From the NCBI GenBank assembly GCA_964502225.1, contig CAZCUC010000003.1:12782-76781 (forward strand): a stretch of DNA of 64,000 nucleotides, given 5' to 3'. Positions 41,241 through 50,060 of this stretch are shown piece after piece. This DNA is from an uncultured Pseudomonadales bacterium (GTDB taxonomy: Bacteria; Patescibacteriota; Microgenomatia; UBA1400; UBA12108). Every line of letters begins with the position of its first letter. The first letter of the stretch is position 1. Both the position numbers and the translations under genes were made by a program. The notes under the pieces were generated by a model that did no database searches, was not told the DNA's origin, and saw only the letters and a program-made list of their open reading frames with translations.

Positions 41241-41928
41241 AAACCTCCTGTACGTCGTCGTAATCTGCCATTATTTCCAAAAAGTTCTCTACTTTTGCCG
41301 AGTCTTCAACCACAACCACTACTTTAGGTCGATACCCGATTGTGCCCCCTACTGTTTTACCTTTACTTTGGAGATACTTGATTACACTGTGCACCGTCTC
41401 TGGCAAAGTATAGATTGTCGATCCGCTCTCATCCACAACCACATCGCTCATCCCTAGATCAATCAGCTCTAGTTGGAGGTCCTCGTCGATCGAGTCTGGG
41501 GTATGGACTATCCCGCACTTGTCAAACATATGCATCACGCTCCCTTGCTCACCCATCCGCCCACCGTGTTTTTCCATCAGAGTCCTAATCTCTGCCACAG
41601 TGCGATTGCGGCTATCACTTACGACTTCTAAAATGACCATCACTCCATCTGGACCAAATGCCTCAATTATTAGTTCGGAGAGCTCCTCACCCGCTTTGCC
41701 CAGACCTTTATCAATTGCCCGGTCAATATTCTCTTTAGGCATATTCACTGCGCGAGCTTTATCCACCGCGAGGCGGAGCGAAAAGTTCATATCGGGATCA
41801 CCCACTCCCCCGCCTTTTTTTACGGCAATAGTTATATCCTTTGCCATCTTGGTAAACACGCTCCCCTTGACCTTGTCGTTCGCCGCTTTTTTGTGCTTGA
41901 TCGTACTCCACTTACTATGTCCTGACAT
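41224..41928 (-). CDS. YebC/PmpR family transcriptional regulator
   Basis: MSGHSKWSTIKHKKAANDKVKGSVFTKMAKDITIAVKKGGG hallmark N-terminus. Confidence 0.9.
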   Translation of the reverse strand: MSGHSKWSTIKHKKAANDKVKGSVFTKMAKDITIAVKKGGGVGDPDMNFSLRLAVDKARAVNMPKENIDRAIDKGLGKAGEELSELIIEAFGPDGVMVILEVVSDSRNRTVAEIRTLMEKHGGRMGEQGSVMHMFDKCGIVHTPDSIDEDLQLELIDLGMSDVVVDESGSTIYTLPETVHSVIKYLQSKGKTVGGTIGYRPKVVVVVEDSAKVENFLEIMADYDDVQEVYANLG

Positions 41929-42066
41929 AACCCTATTCTACCACCTGATCGGGAAGCAGGCGGAAAAATTTTACCCTTCTAAATCGAAAACTGACAGATG
42001 AAATTTTGACGACATTACAGGCGTGTAAACAGCCTGTACCGGAGATCAAAATTTGCGTCTGTCAGT

Positions 42067-42744
42067 TTGTATGTATTGACAAACGTCCTCATTCTCCCGA
42101 TAATGAGCCGATCAATGCATGACCTACACGACAAAGCCATTCGCGCAGCCTTATCTGGCAACTGGGAGCTCGCTGTCGAGCTCAACCTCGAGATTCTCTC
42201 TGACTTACCACAAAATATTCCCGCTCTCAACCGCCTCGGCCGTGCCTACACCGAGCTAGGTCAAAAAGATGCCGCCGAAGATGCCTACACCCAGGTTCTC
42301 AAACTAGACAAATACGACGCAATTGCCACCAAAAATCTCAAACTCCTCCCCCACCAAAAAAATAACTTAAGCGAAATCACTCTCGTCCAAGAAGATTTTA
42401 TCGAACTCCCCGGCATCACCAAGAGCACAATCCTGATCAAAGTCGCCAGTCGCGACACCCTCCTCTCGCTCGTCTGCAAGCAACATCTCAATCTCCTCCC
42501 CCGTACTCACCTAGTGGCAATCACAACAGACGACAAAATCTGCATTGGCTGTCTCCCAGACGATCTCTCCCTCAAAATTCGCGACCTCTTGAGCGCTGGT
42601 TACAATTACTCCGTTTGTCTCAAAGCGGCAAGCGACAATACCGCGACCATTTTTATCCGCGAACTCAAGCGTCCCAAAAAGCCCACTGCCGGTCCGACTT
42701 TTTCCCGCAGTAGTTACGTCACTCCTTCGCGCAAATCAAAATAA
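42067..42744 (+). CDS. TPR-repeat protein (hypothetical)
   Basis: TPR-like helical repeats (AIRAALSGNWELAVELN...LGRAYTELGQKDAAEDAYTQVL); the true start may be the internal Met MSRSMHDL. Confidence 0.45.
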   Translation: MYVLTNVLILPIMSRSMHDLHDKAIRAALSGNWELAVELNLEILSDLPQNIPALNRLGRAYTELGQKDAAEDAYTQVLKLDKYDAIATKNLKLLPHQKNNLSEITLVQEDFIELPGITKSTILIKVASRDTLLSLVCKQHLNLLPRTHLVAITTDDKICIGCLPDDLSLKIRDLLSAGYNYSVCLKAASDNTATIFIRELKRPKKPTAGPTFSRSSYVTPSRKSK

Positions 42745-43611
42745 TTCTTTCGCGTCTTTGCCCACCATCACCAGTACATTCGCCCGATACTCTGCTGGGA
42801 TAGCCTCTATTTTTGGCGTATCCAACTGGAACAGATTTTGGAAAATATAGTCTAGCTTCTCTGCCTCTAGGCCACTACTCACTTGCCAGCTACTCTCCTC
42901 TAGTTGGCGATCACTCTCTACCGATCTGACCATCACTACGTCTAGTCCCAAGTTACTCAAAAACTCCGCGAGATCACTCCCCAAGCCGTTCTCGCCACTT
43001 GCATTGACGATCGCTACGCTCACCGACTCCCCTCCTATACCCCAGTCAAACAATCTACTCCCGATATACTCCTGCAGACGTTTAGCTTTATATTTATTGT
43101 CTTCAATTACTCCGGCCCTAAACAGTTCTTTTTCATCTATCACCCGGCCGCGGTAGCGCAGAGACCTGGCAAACAATAGTCCAGCATCAAAACGGGAGAG
43201 ATTGGATTCTCCTTTTCTAAAGATACTCATAAATAGCTCTCTAGAAAGTGGGCGCTCACTCACCACATATCCTGGTACCGGCACACGCATAAATCCTTGG
43301 ATTTTTTGCCTAGCAAACATCCCGCCTCCATTGCCATTGTACGATCCCAATTTGTACAGCGATGAGATCCCATACTCGCCGTTACTCCTGGTCGTAATAG
43401 CCAACTCGGTCGGGAAAGGAATGGTGATTATTTGTTTCTCGACTGGGTCAAACGATACAAAACTCACTCCCTGACTAGGTTTGATCACAGCCAAGTTAAA
43501 GCGATAATTTGCGTGTCCTACCAGCTGGTTCCTCCCCCACTCCCTAATCCCTAGTCCTATCACAATCATCACCCCCACTATCGCCAGTACCCACGATACA
43601 TTCTTTTCCAT
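42736..43611 (-). CDS. LytR-CpsA-Psr (LCP) family protein with LytR_C domain
   Basis: N-terminal TM anchor; YRFNLAVIKP...VSFVSFDPVEKQIITIPFPTEL resembles the LCP core; VSVAIVNASGENGLGSDLAEFLSNLGLDV resembles LytR_C. Confidence 0.55.
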   Translation of the reverse strand: MEKNVSWVLAIVGVMIVIGLGIREWGRNQLVGHANYRFNLAVIKPSQGVSFVSFDPVEKQIITIPFPTELAITTRSNGEYGISSLYKLGSYNGNGGGMFARQKIQGFMRVPVPGYVVSERPLSRELFMSIFRKGESNLSRFDAGLLFARSLRYRGRVIDEKELFRAGVIEDNKYKAKRLQEYIGSRLFDWGIGGESVSVAIVNASGENGLGSDLAEFLSNLGLDVVMVRSVESDRQLEESSWQVSSGLEAEKLDYIFQNLFQLDTPKIEAIPAEYRANVLVMVGKDAKELF

Positions 43612-43634
43612 TGCTCTATGCTAACATATGATCC

Positions 43635-44714
43635 ATGCAACTTTCTGACTTTCACTACGACCTCCCTCTAGAGTTGATTGCCCAGGAGCCAGCGCACCCA
43701 CGCGACTCAGCTCGGCTCATGCTAATTAATCGCGCTAGCGGCCAAATCTCTCACCACCATATCTACGACCTGCCGGCCTTGCTCCCCAAGAGCTATTTTA
43801 TCGTCGCCAATAACACCAAGGTTTTTCCCGCGCGCATCATGGGTCACAAATCCACGGGAGGGAAAGTCGAGATCTTGCTCACCGAGCCGCTTGGTTCTAG
43901 TAGGTATAAATGTATCGCCCGCCCCGGTCTCAAAGTCGATGATGTTATCCTGTTTCCAAACGGTCTAACTGGGATTATCACTTCTGTCCACGACATCGAG
44001 CGTACAATCAAATTCAACCAAGAGGAGTCCACCCTTCGCACCACCCTCTCTCAAATCGGCACTATGCCCACTCCCCCCTATATCAAAAAACTCCTGGGCA
44101 ACTCCAAAGATTACCAAACGATCTATGCCAAATATGGTTTCTCCGCCGCCGCCCCGACCGCCGGTCTCCACTTTACGCCCGAATTACTCAAACAGATCAA
44201 ACTAGGTCATAGCTGGAATGAACTTACGCTAAACGTCGGCCTCGGCACTTTCCTCCCAGTCAAAGAAAACGATATTCAAGCTCACCACATGCACAGCGAG
44301 TCCTACACTATCTCTCCTACTACCGCGAGCCACATCCAAGCACTGAGACAATCGGGTCAAAAACTACTCTCGGTCGGGACAACCACTATGCGTGCCCTCG
44401 AATCAAACGTGTCCCTGCCCCATAGTTCCGAACCTTGCGCTAGCGAGAGTTCGGAACTTTTGCGCCCCGGTTCTTTTTCAACTGATATCTTTATCTACCC
44501 TCCCTACCAATTCCAGCTGACCGATGCTCTCATGACCAACTTTCATTTGCCCGGCTCCACGCTCCTCATGCTCGTCTCAGCTTTCTGCACATCCCCCCAA
44601 ACTCCTATCTCATTCACCTCGTTTGCAGATTCCCTCCTGGGTCGAGCATACACCGAGGCCATCGCCCACAAATACCGCTTCTTCTCATTCGGCGACGCCA
44701 TGCTGATTATCTAG
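43635..44714 (+). CDS. queA: S-adenosylmethionine:tRNA ribosyltransferase-isomerase
   Basis: MQLSDFHYDLPLELIAQEPAHPRDSARLM canonical QueA N-terminus. Confidence 0.9.
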   Translation: MQLSDFHYDLPLELIAQEPAHPRDSARLMLINRASGQISHHHIYDLPALLPKSYFIVANNTKVFPARIMGHKSTGGKVEILLTEPLGSSRYKCIARPGLKVDDVILFPNGLTGIITSVHDIERTIKFNQEESTLRTTLSQIGTMPTPPYIKKLLGNSKDYQTIYAKYGFSAAAPTAGLHFTPELLKQIKLGHSWNELTLNVGLGTFLPVKENDIQAHHMHSESYTISPTTASHIQALRQSGQKLLSVGTTTMRALESNVSLPHSSEPCASESSELLRPGSFSTDIFIYPPYQFQLTDALMTNFHLPGSTLLMLVSAFCTSPQTPISFTSFADSLLGRAYTEAIAHKYRFFSFGDAMLII

Positions 44715-44719
44715 CCTTC

Positions 44720-45058
44720 CTAAATACGGAAATTTTCGTAATGTCGCGGGCCACCAACTCGACCTTTTTGTTCAAACACGGTCTCTGCCTCAACTCGAAC
44801 ACTATCATCAAGTCTAGACGCAGCTTCAACTAAAGCGTGAGCCATCTCGGCTGGCATGCCAATTTGTTTTTCGATGACTTGCTCTGCAGATTCTAATGTA
44901 TATTTGGTCGATCCTTCGGCAACCAGTTGCACTTGATCGGAAGCAGTAATTATTCCGCTTCCCCATGCTGCCTGGAGACATTCTTTATCTTCACCTTCAA
45001 GCAGACCAATCGTGATCCTAGGTGAATGTGCGCCAGTCACTTGTGCATATGGTGCCAT
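44720..45058 (-). CDS. hypothetical protein
   Basis: 112 aa ORF; no motif recognised. Confidence 0.35.
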   Translation of the reverse strand: MAPYAQVTGAHSPRITIGLLEGEDKECLQAAWGSGIITASDQVQLVAEGSTKYTLESAEQVIEKQIGMPAEMAHALVEAASRLDDSVRVEAETVFEQKGRVGGPRHYENFRI

Positions 45059-45117
45059 AATGTATCTCCTCTTAAATATTTTTGGACATTGGGATAATTA
45101 TCCCACACCTAGTCAAT

Positions 45118-45918
45118 CTAGACAGACTTCAGATACTTCAGCACTTCATTCAACTCAGCATTATTCGACTCAAAATGGATCCGTTTCCCATTGCGCGGAT
45201 GCTCAAACTCTATCTTCTGCGCCTGTAGGAGCACCCGGTGTGCCCACTTGCGATCCTCCCGGCTCCGTTTGCGCCCTGCATAATCAAAGTCACCTACAAT
45301 CGGGTGTCCCATTTGTTTCGCATGCACACGGATCTGGTGGGTACGCCCAGTACGGGGCTTGAACTCCACGAGCGTAAATCCCACATATCCCCTATCATCG
45401 ACTTTTAGTTCCTTGGGGAACTCCCAATTATTATATTCAGTGCGGACTTCGTATCGCGTCACACTTTCTCTCCCATCCTCCCGCACCCCAAACTTTTTCC
45501 TATCATCCCTCCGCCTAGCAATTGGCAGGTCTATCTGGCCTTCTTTGGCATCCCAGTACCCATGGGTCAGGGCCATATATACTTTTTGCACACTGTGTTG
45601 CTTAAATTGTTTTAGCAGGCTCACAAACGCATCTGTAGTCTTGGCCATGACCATCACCCCACTCGTCTCTCTATCCAGCCTATGCACTAGTCCACTGCGC
45701 TCAACAAAATACTTCTCATCGTCTGTAATTTCTGATTTTGAATTTTGAATTTGTTTAGGATTTAGAGTTTGTAATTTAAGATTTACTATCTGGTATCTTC
45801 CGTCCCACCAGTCCTGCAGTGTGGGCTCAGTGATCGTTTCCGCCCTATTACACACGATCCCCGACGGCTTATCGATCACGACAATTTCACTATCTTCAAA
45901 AATGATTGGTATTTCCAT
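45118..45918 (-). CDS. RluA-family pseudouridine synthase with a low-complexity insertion
   Basis: HRLDRETSGVMVMAKT catalytic motif; insert YQIVNLKLQTLNPKQIQNSKSEITDD encoded by an AT-rich periodic stretch at 45720-45790. Confidence 0.8.
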   Translation of the reverse strand: MEIPIIFEDSEIVVIDKPSGIVCNRAETITEPTLQDWWDGRYQIVNLKLQTLNPKQIQNSKSEITDDEKYFVERSGLVHRLDRETSGVMVMAKTTDAFVSLLKQFKQHSVQKVYMALTHGYWDAKEGQIDLPIARRRDDRKKFGVREDGRESVTRYEVRTEYNNWEFPKELKVDDRGYVGFTLVEFKPRTGRTHQIRVHAKQMGHPIVGDFDYAGRKRSREDRKWAHRVLLQAQKIEFEHPRNGKRIHFESNNAELNEVLKYLKSV

Positions 45919-46019
45919 ACCAGTATTGTACCAGGCTGGTTACTGCTCATACCATGAAAGTCAGGTTGGCGGATGAAATTTTATCGAAATTACAGGCACT
46001 ACGTCGCCTGTACCTGAGA

Positions 46020-46313
46020 CTAAAATTTACGTCCGACAAGCTGACCTAGATATATTACAACCCCTACTCCGATTATCCAGTCCCAAAGATTATTATGCAA
46101 AATCCCCAAGAAATTCCAATTATCCACAACTCCTCCATACCAAACCCTACTCACCAGATTCCCTGCCCCGCCTATGAGCACCATCCCTACCCCTATGCGC
46201 TCCCACAATTCCCGCATTTTTCCCGCATAAACCAATAGGCAGATCCACACGACTACGACTATCCAGACTGGAATATTATTAAACAATCCAAACGAGATCC
46301 CATTATTTAGCAT
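46020..46313 (-). CDS. lipoprotein signal peptidase (LspA)-like, N-terminally short (97 aa)
   Basis: NNGISFGLF (N-x-G-x-A/S-FG box), GGAGNLVSRVWYGGVVDNWNF (GGA-x-GN-x-x-DR...VVD box) and HNNLWD (FN-x-AD box) are present, but the first TM segment found in full-length LspA is missing; the start lies 5 nt after the dksA-like stop. Confidence 0.5.
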   Translation of the reverse strand: MLNNGISFGLFNNIPVWIVVVVWICLLVYAGKMRELWERIGVGMVLIGGAGNLVSRVWYGGVVDNWNFLGILHNNLWDWIIGVGVVIYLGQLVGRKF

Positions 46314-46317
46314 TCAG

Positions 46318-46674
46318 TTACTTTGCTTTCTTGGCACAACTTACACAGAGCTCGGCAGTGGGGTCGATCCCCAGGCGATCAGTATCGATCATCTCTCCGC
46401 ACTGGACACATTTACCATAGCTCCCATCATCTACTCTCTTCATCGCTTCTCTCACACGTATGAGCGCCACGCTGGTCTCCTGCCCTAGAGCGGCCGATTG
46501 CGCATGACCAAATTGTTCTGCCGCCTCGGTGTCGTCGCTCGCATTATCATTCAGGCGACTAGCATCGGCAAATGGATCCTCTTTCGCCAGCGACTTTTTC
46601 CGGCGCAACAAATCCCCTTCCAATTTTTTCAGATATTCCCAGACCGATTGCAGGACATTACGTGGATATTGCAT
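46318..46674 (-). CDS. DksA/TraR-family C4 zinc-finger protein
   Basis: CVQCGEMIDTDRLGIDPTAELCVSC four-Cys zinc finger at the C-terminus. Confidence 0.75.
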   Translation of the reverse strand: MQYPRNVLQSVWEYLKKLEGDLLRRKKSLAKEDPFADASRLNDNASDDTEAAEQFGHAQSAALGQETSVALIRVREAMKRVDDGSYGKCVQCGEMIDTDRLGIDPTAELCVSCAKKAK

Positions 46675-46676
46675 AG

Positions 46677-47393
46677 CTATTTTCTCCTTATAATATTACT
46701 TAGCTTACCCCAGATCGTACTCTCACGTCTACCTATGCGCCGGTAAATGGTGTAGCCACTGACCGCATTGAGCAGTATACCAGGTACAAACTCGCGCAAA
46801 CCCAAATAGTAAACACCCACCAGATTGAGGAAAATGAGACTAGCCAACCCTTCTTGGGCCATACTTGCCCCTCCCTTGTACCAACTATAAAACCGGAAAT
46901 CTTTCCGCACTCTCGAGACTACCGCAAATGTAATCAAAGCAAAAACCCCTCCCCAAACATTTACTCTCCAATCGGGGTTAGTGCCATTGAGGATTGTGCC
47001 AATCCCCCCAAAAACCAAAACCAGAGCCAGGGTCACTACATATGCATCCGCCATTTTCCAGACCTGCCAATCATGGTTGCGCGCAAACAAAATCATCAGC
47101 ATTGCGCTCCCCACGATCCCAGACACTACATTTATTCCTGGGTATGCCAGTAGCGCCAAACTCCGGTAAAGTGTGCCTACCTCTCCCCAGTGTAGAGCGA
47201 CATACCCCATTCTGCCCACGACAAAGTAAGTGAGTACCGATAAAAAGAACCCATCAAACAAAGCAATTTCATCCCAGTGCTCATCTCTGCCCATTTTCCA
47301 CCAAAAATACAATCCGATAAATAAACCTATCGCCAAAAACACACCGTACGAATAAATCTTGATTGGTCCCAAGCTGATTAATATTGGTAGCAT
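46677..47393 (-). CDS. lgt: prolipoprotein diacylglyceryl transferase
   Basis: IKIYSYGVFLAIGLFIG...VVGRMGYVALHW Lgt pattern; 7-TM protein. Confidence 0.8.
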   Translation of the reverse strand: MLPILISLGPIKIYSYGVFLAIGLFIGLYFWWKMGRDEHWDEIALFDGFFLSVLTYFVVGRMGYVALHWGEVGTLYRSLALLAYPGINVVSGIVGSAMLMILFARNHDWQVWKMADAYVVTLALVLVFGGIGTILNGTNPDWRVNVWGGVFALITFAVVSRVRKDFRFYSWYKGGASMAQEGLASLIFLNLVGVYYLGLREFVPGILLNAVSGYTIYRRIGRRESTIWGKLSNIIRRK

Positions 47394-47437
47394 ATTTAGA
47401 CTTTACACTATACACTATTCACTCTACACTAATTCAT

Positions 47438-47905
47438 ATGCTTTCTATTAGTCATGCCGTGACAGGTGCCTTTATTGCAGTCAAGATCGGCAATCCGTAC
47501 CTAGCTATCCCCCTCATCCTCCTCTCGCATTACCTAGAAGACGCCGTCCCACACTGGGATGCTGGGACTGGGCTCGGCAACGGGAGCAAACCCAGGGAGC
47601 TAGCGGTCAAACACGGCCTAATCGATCTCGCCCTTGCCGCTATTTTAGTTTTAGTGTTTTTCCCTCCTTCCTCCTATGATCTATCCTCTATCATCTATCT
47701 CCTCAAAGAACCCCAAGTATGGGGTTCTTTGCTTGGTCTCCTCCCCGATTTCCTCGAGTCGCCACGCAACTTCCTCCGCTGGGAACCGGCATTTCTGAAA
47801 CCCATCAATAGATTCCACCACAGTTTCCACCACTCTATCCCCCGCATGATCGATGGTCTCGCCCCCCAATTCCTCCTCCTCACTCTGCTTTGGATTTTCA
47901 GGTAA
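47438..47905 (+). CDS. hypothetical membrane protein (possibly YdjM/DUF457-like metal-dependent hydrolase)
   Basis: MLSISHAVTGAFIAV N-terminus with His-rich loops (HHSFHH); start at the internal ATG 47438 preferred. Confidence 0.3.
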   Translation: MLSISHAVTGAFIAVKIGNPYLAIPLILLSHYLEDAVPHWDAGTGLGNGSKPRELAVKHGLIDLALAAILVLVFFPPSSYDLSSIIYLLKEPQVWGSLLGLLPDFLESPRNFLRWEPAFLKPINRFHHSFHHSIPRMIDGLAPQFLLLTLLWIFR

Positions 47906-48236
47906 CTACGTACCACCCTTTTGGACCTTCTCTAAAACGCTTAGCCTGTATAGCTAAAGCCGTCTCATATAACTCGATAGTGTCAGGTGATATCCCACCC
48001 GCCCCACGACCCTTTAACATCTTATGTATTAAAAGAAATTGATCAAAATCTTGAAGCAGTCGACGAGCTGCTTCCATCTGCGCTTGATCTAGCTCAACCT
48101 TTTGAACCACATCTGAAACAGGATTAGGTAAATCCATCGTCATCTGACCGGCCCTAGCTAAGCATTTGGCACACTCACCACATCTACACATTAAAAATAT
48201 ATTGTCGTCTAATTTCGACACCAAATCCATACACAC
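47898..48236 (-). CDS. hypothetical protein with a CxC...CxxC cluster
   Basis: 112 aa; CRCGECAKC near the N-terminus. Confidence 0.3.
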   Translation of the reverse strand: MCMDLVSKLDDNIFLMCRCGECAKCLARAGQMTMDLPNPVSDVVQKVELDQAQMEAARRLLQDFDQFLLIHKMLKGRGAGGISPDTIELYETALAIQAKRFREGPKGWYVVT

Positions 48237-48307
48237 CGACTACACTTGGGACAATCTGAGCGCAGTCTCGCTCAGCCACGCACAAGTGATATATAATAAT
48301 GGCACAT

Positions 48308-48391
48308 GCCTAGGTGGCGGAATGGTATACGCGCGAGTCTCAAAAACTCGTGGTTGTAATGACCTTGAGAGTTCGAGTCTCTCCCTAGGCA
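48308..48391 (+). tRNA. tRNA-Leu (anticodon CAA), type II with long variable arm
   Basis: Folded by hand. Acceptor GCCTAGG/CCTAGGC, 3-bp D stem with GG in the loop, anticodon stem CGAGT/ACTCG with loop CTCAAAA (U33, CAA), 16-nt variable arm, T arm GAGAG-TTCGAGT-CTCTC, discriminator A, CCA not encoded. -10 TATAAT at 48292-48297. Confidence 0.9.
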
Positions 48392-48399
48392 CAAACATG

Positions 48400-48687
48400 C
48401 TATTCTGATATTCTTGTCTTACCACTTACAACAAACTCCACGTTTTCATCAGTCATTTTTCCTGCTCTCACCATACACAACTTTAGACTACCATCAGTAA
48501 ATCTATGGGCCTGAGGATGTGCACAAAAGTACAAACTACCTTGAGCTACAACCTGGAGAATGCAATGAAAATCGACTGGCGTCCACATTTCTAGGTTTGG
48601 ATTGCCTTTGATCCCACAACTATTATTACATCCCGTCCATGCTACCCTATCGCCTTCAAAATTTATCGTTAGATTCCTTATCATCAA
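48400..48687 (-). CDS. hypothetical Cys-containing small protein, start overlaps the dnaB stop
   Basis: ATG at 48685-48687 overlaps the dnaB TGA (ATGA); 95 aa; no motif recognised. Confidence 0.35.
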   Translation of the reverse strand: MMIRNLTINFEGDRVAWTGCNNSCGIKGNPNLEMWTPVDFHCILQVVAQGSLYFCAHPQAHRFTDGSLKLCMVRAGKMTDENVEFVVSGKTRISE

Positions 48688-49994
48688 TGTGCCTTATCCA
48701 CCCCGTAGAACCGGACCCGGTCGCCCTTGAACCTCAAATCAATCGTCCGGAGTGCCCCGTTGCGGTGTTTGGCAATATTTAGTTTTACACTCGAGAGATC
48801 CTCGGCATCTTCGCGGTAGAGGAACATCACGACGTCAGCGTCCTGCTCTATACTGCCCGACTCGCGTAGATCAGACAACTGCGGTGCGCTCCCTGCCCCG
48901 CGGTGTTCGATAGATCTAGACAGTTGTGACATCGCCACCACCGGGATTTTTAATTCACGCGCCAAGTTTTTCAAACCCTGAGAGATCTCAGCCACTTCTT
49001 GGACCCGGTTCTCTAGGTTGCGCCCTTTCACCAGTTGCAAGTAATCCACAAACAAGAGTCCCAAGTTGTGCTCTGACTTTAGCCGTCTAGCCTTTGTTCT
49101 CATCTCCAGAACCGAAATTCCCGGGGTATCATCGATATAGAGTGGTGCCTCTGCCAGGACCCCCATCGCTTCCGACAGCTTTTCAAAATCTTGCGCCGTC
49201 AATTTCCCTGTTTTTAGTCGCCACGCATCGATATCTGCCTGGGAAACCAACATACGATCCACGAGCTCTTCTTTACTCATTTCCAGGGAAAAGTACCCAA
49301 CCGGGACCTTCGCCACGACACTGGCATACTGAGCGATATTCAAAGAAAACGCAGTCTTCCCCATCCCAGGTCTAGCGGCCAGGATAATCAAGTTCGAGTC
49401 CTGCATCCCAGCGAGGGTATTGTCCAGATCTGTAAATCCAGATGGCACTCCCCGCAGTGATCCCGATTTTTTCGACAATTCATCCAGCCGGTCAAAGCTC
49501 TCCGAGAGCACGTTTCTGATCGGGGTAAACCCTTGCTTCATACTCGCTTGAGAGAGGGAAAATACTTTTTGCTCTGCACTATCTAGGATCGCCGAGATAT
49601 CCGACCCCTCATCAAACGACATCTCGATCATACTAGAAGAATCAGAGATCAATTTACGCCTGGTGTAGTAGCCCTGGATGATCTCCCCGTAATGTTTAAT
49701 ATTGGCCGAGCTTGGCACCCCCTCGACCAGCGTAGAGATATAGCTCACTCCCCCCACGGCCTCGAGCAACTTCATGGTTTTCAGTTTTTGTGGCAAAGTG
49801 ACTAGATCAATCGGTTCCCTACCTTCAAACAGGATAATCATGGCCCGGTAAATATCGCCGTGCTTGTTTTGGTAAAAATGTTCCGGCTGCAAAAACTCGG
49901 ACACCTGCACAATCGCATCTTTATCGATCAAAATCGACCCCAGGACACTGCGCTCTGCATCATCACTATGGGGAGGAACTTTTTGTACTGCCAT
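48684..49994 (-). CDS. dnaB: replicative DNA helicase DnaB
   Basis: N-terminal DnaB domain; Walker A GMGKTAFSLNIA; 436 aa with no intein. Confidence 0.9.
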   Translation of the reverse strand: MAVQKVPPHSDDAERSVLGSILIDKDAIVQVSEFLQPEHFYQNKHGDIYRAMIILFEGREPIDLVTLPQKLKTMKLLEAVGGVSYISTLVEGVPSSANIKHYGEIIQGYYTRRKLISDSSSMIEMSFDEGSDISAILDSAEQKVFSLSQASMKQGFTPIRNVLSESFDRLDELSKKSGSLRGVPSGFTDLDNTLAGMQDSNLIILAARPGMGKTAFSLNIAQYASVVAKVPVGYFSLEMSKEELVDRMLVSQADIDAWRLKTGKLTAQDFEKLSEAMGVLAEAPLYIDDTPGISVLEMRTKARRLKSEHNLGLLFVDYLQLVKGRNLENRVQEVAEISQGLKNLARELKIPVVAMSQLSRSIEHRGAGSAPQLSDLRESGSIEQDADVVMFLYREDAEDLSSVKLNIAKHRNGALRTIDLRFKGDRVRFYGVDKAH

Positions 49995-50060
49995 ATCCTT
50001 ATTCTACAAAAATACTAAACAATCTTCACTACGTACCATGTACTATCTACTACCTACTAA

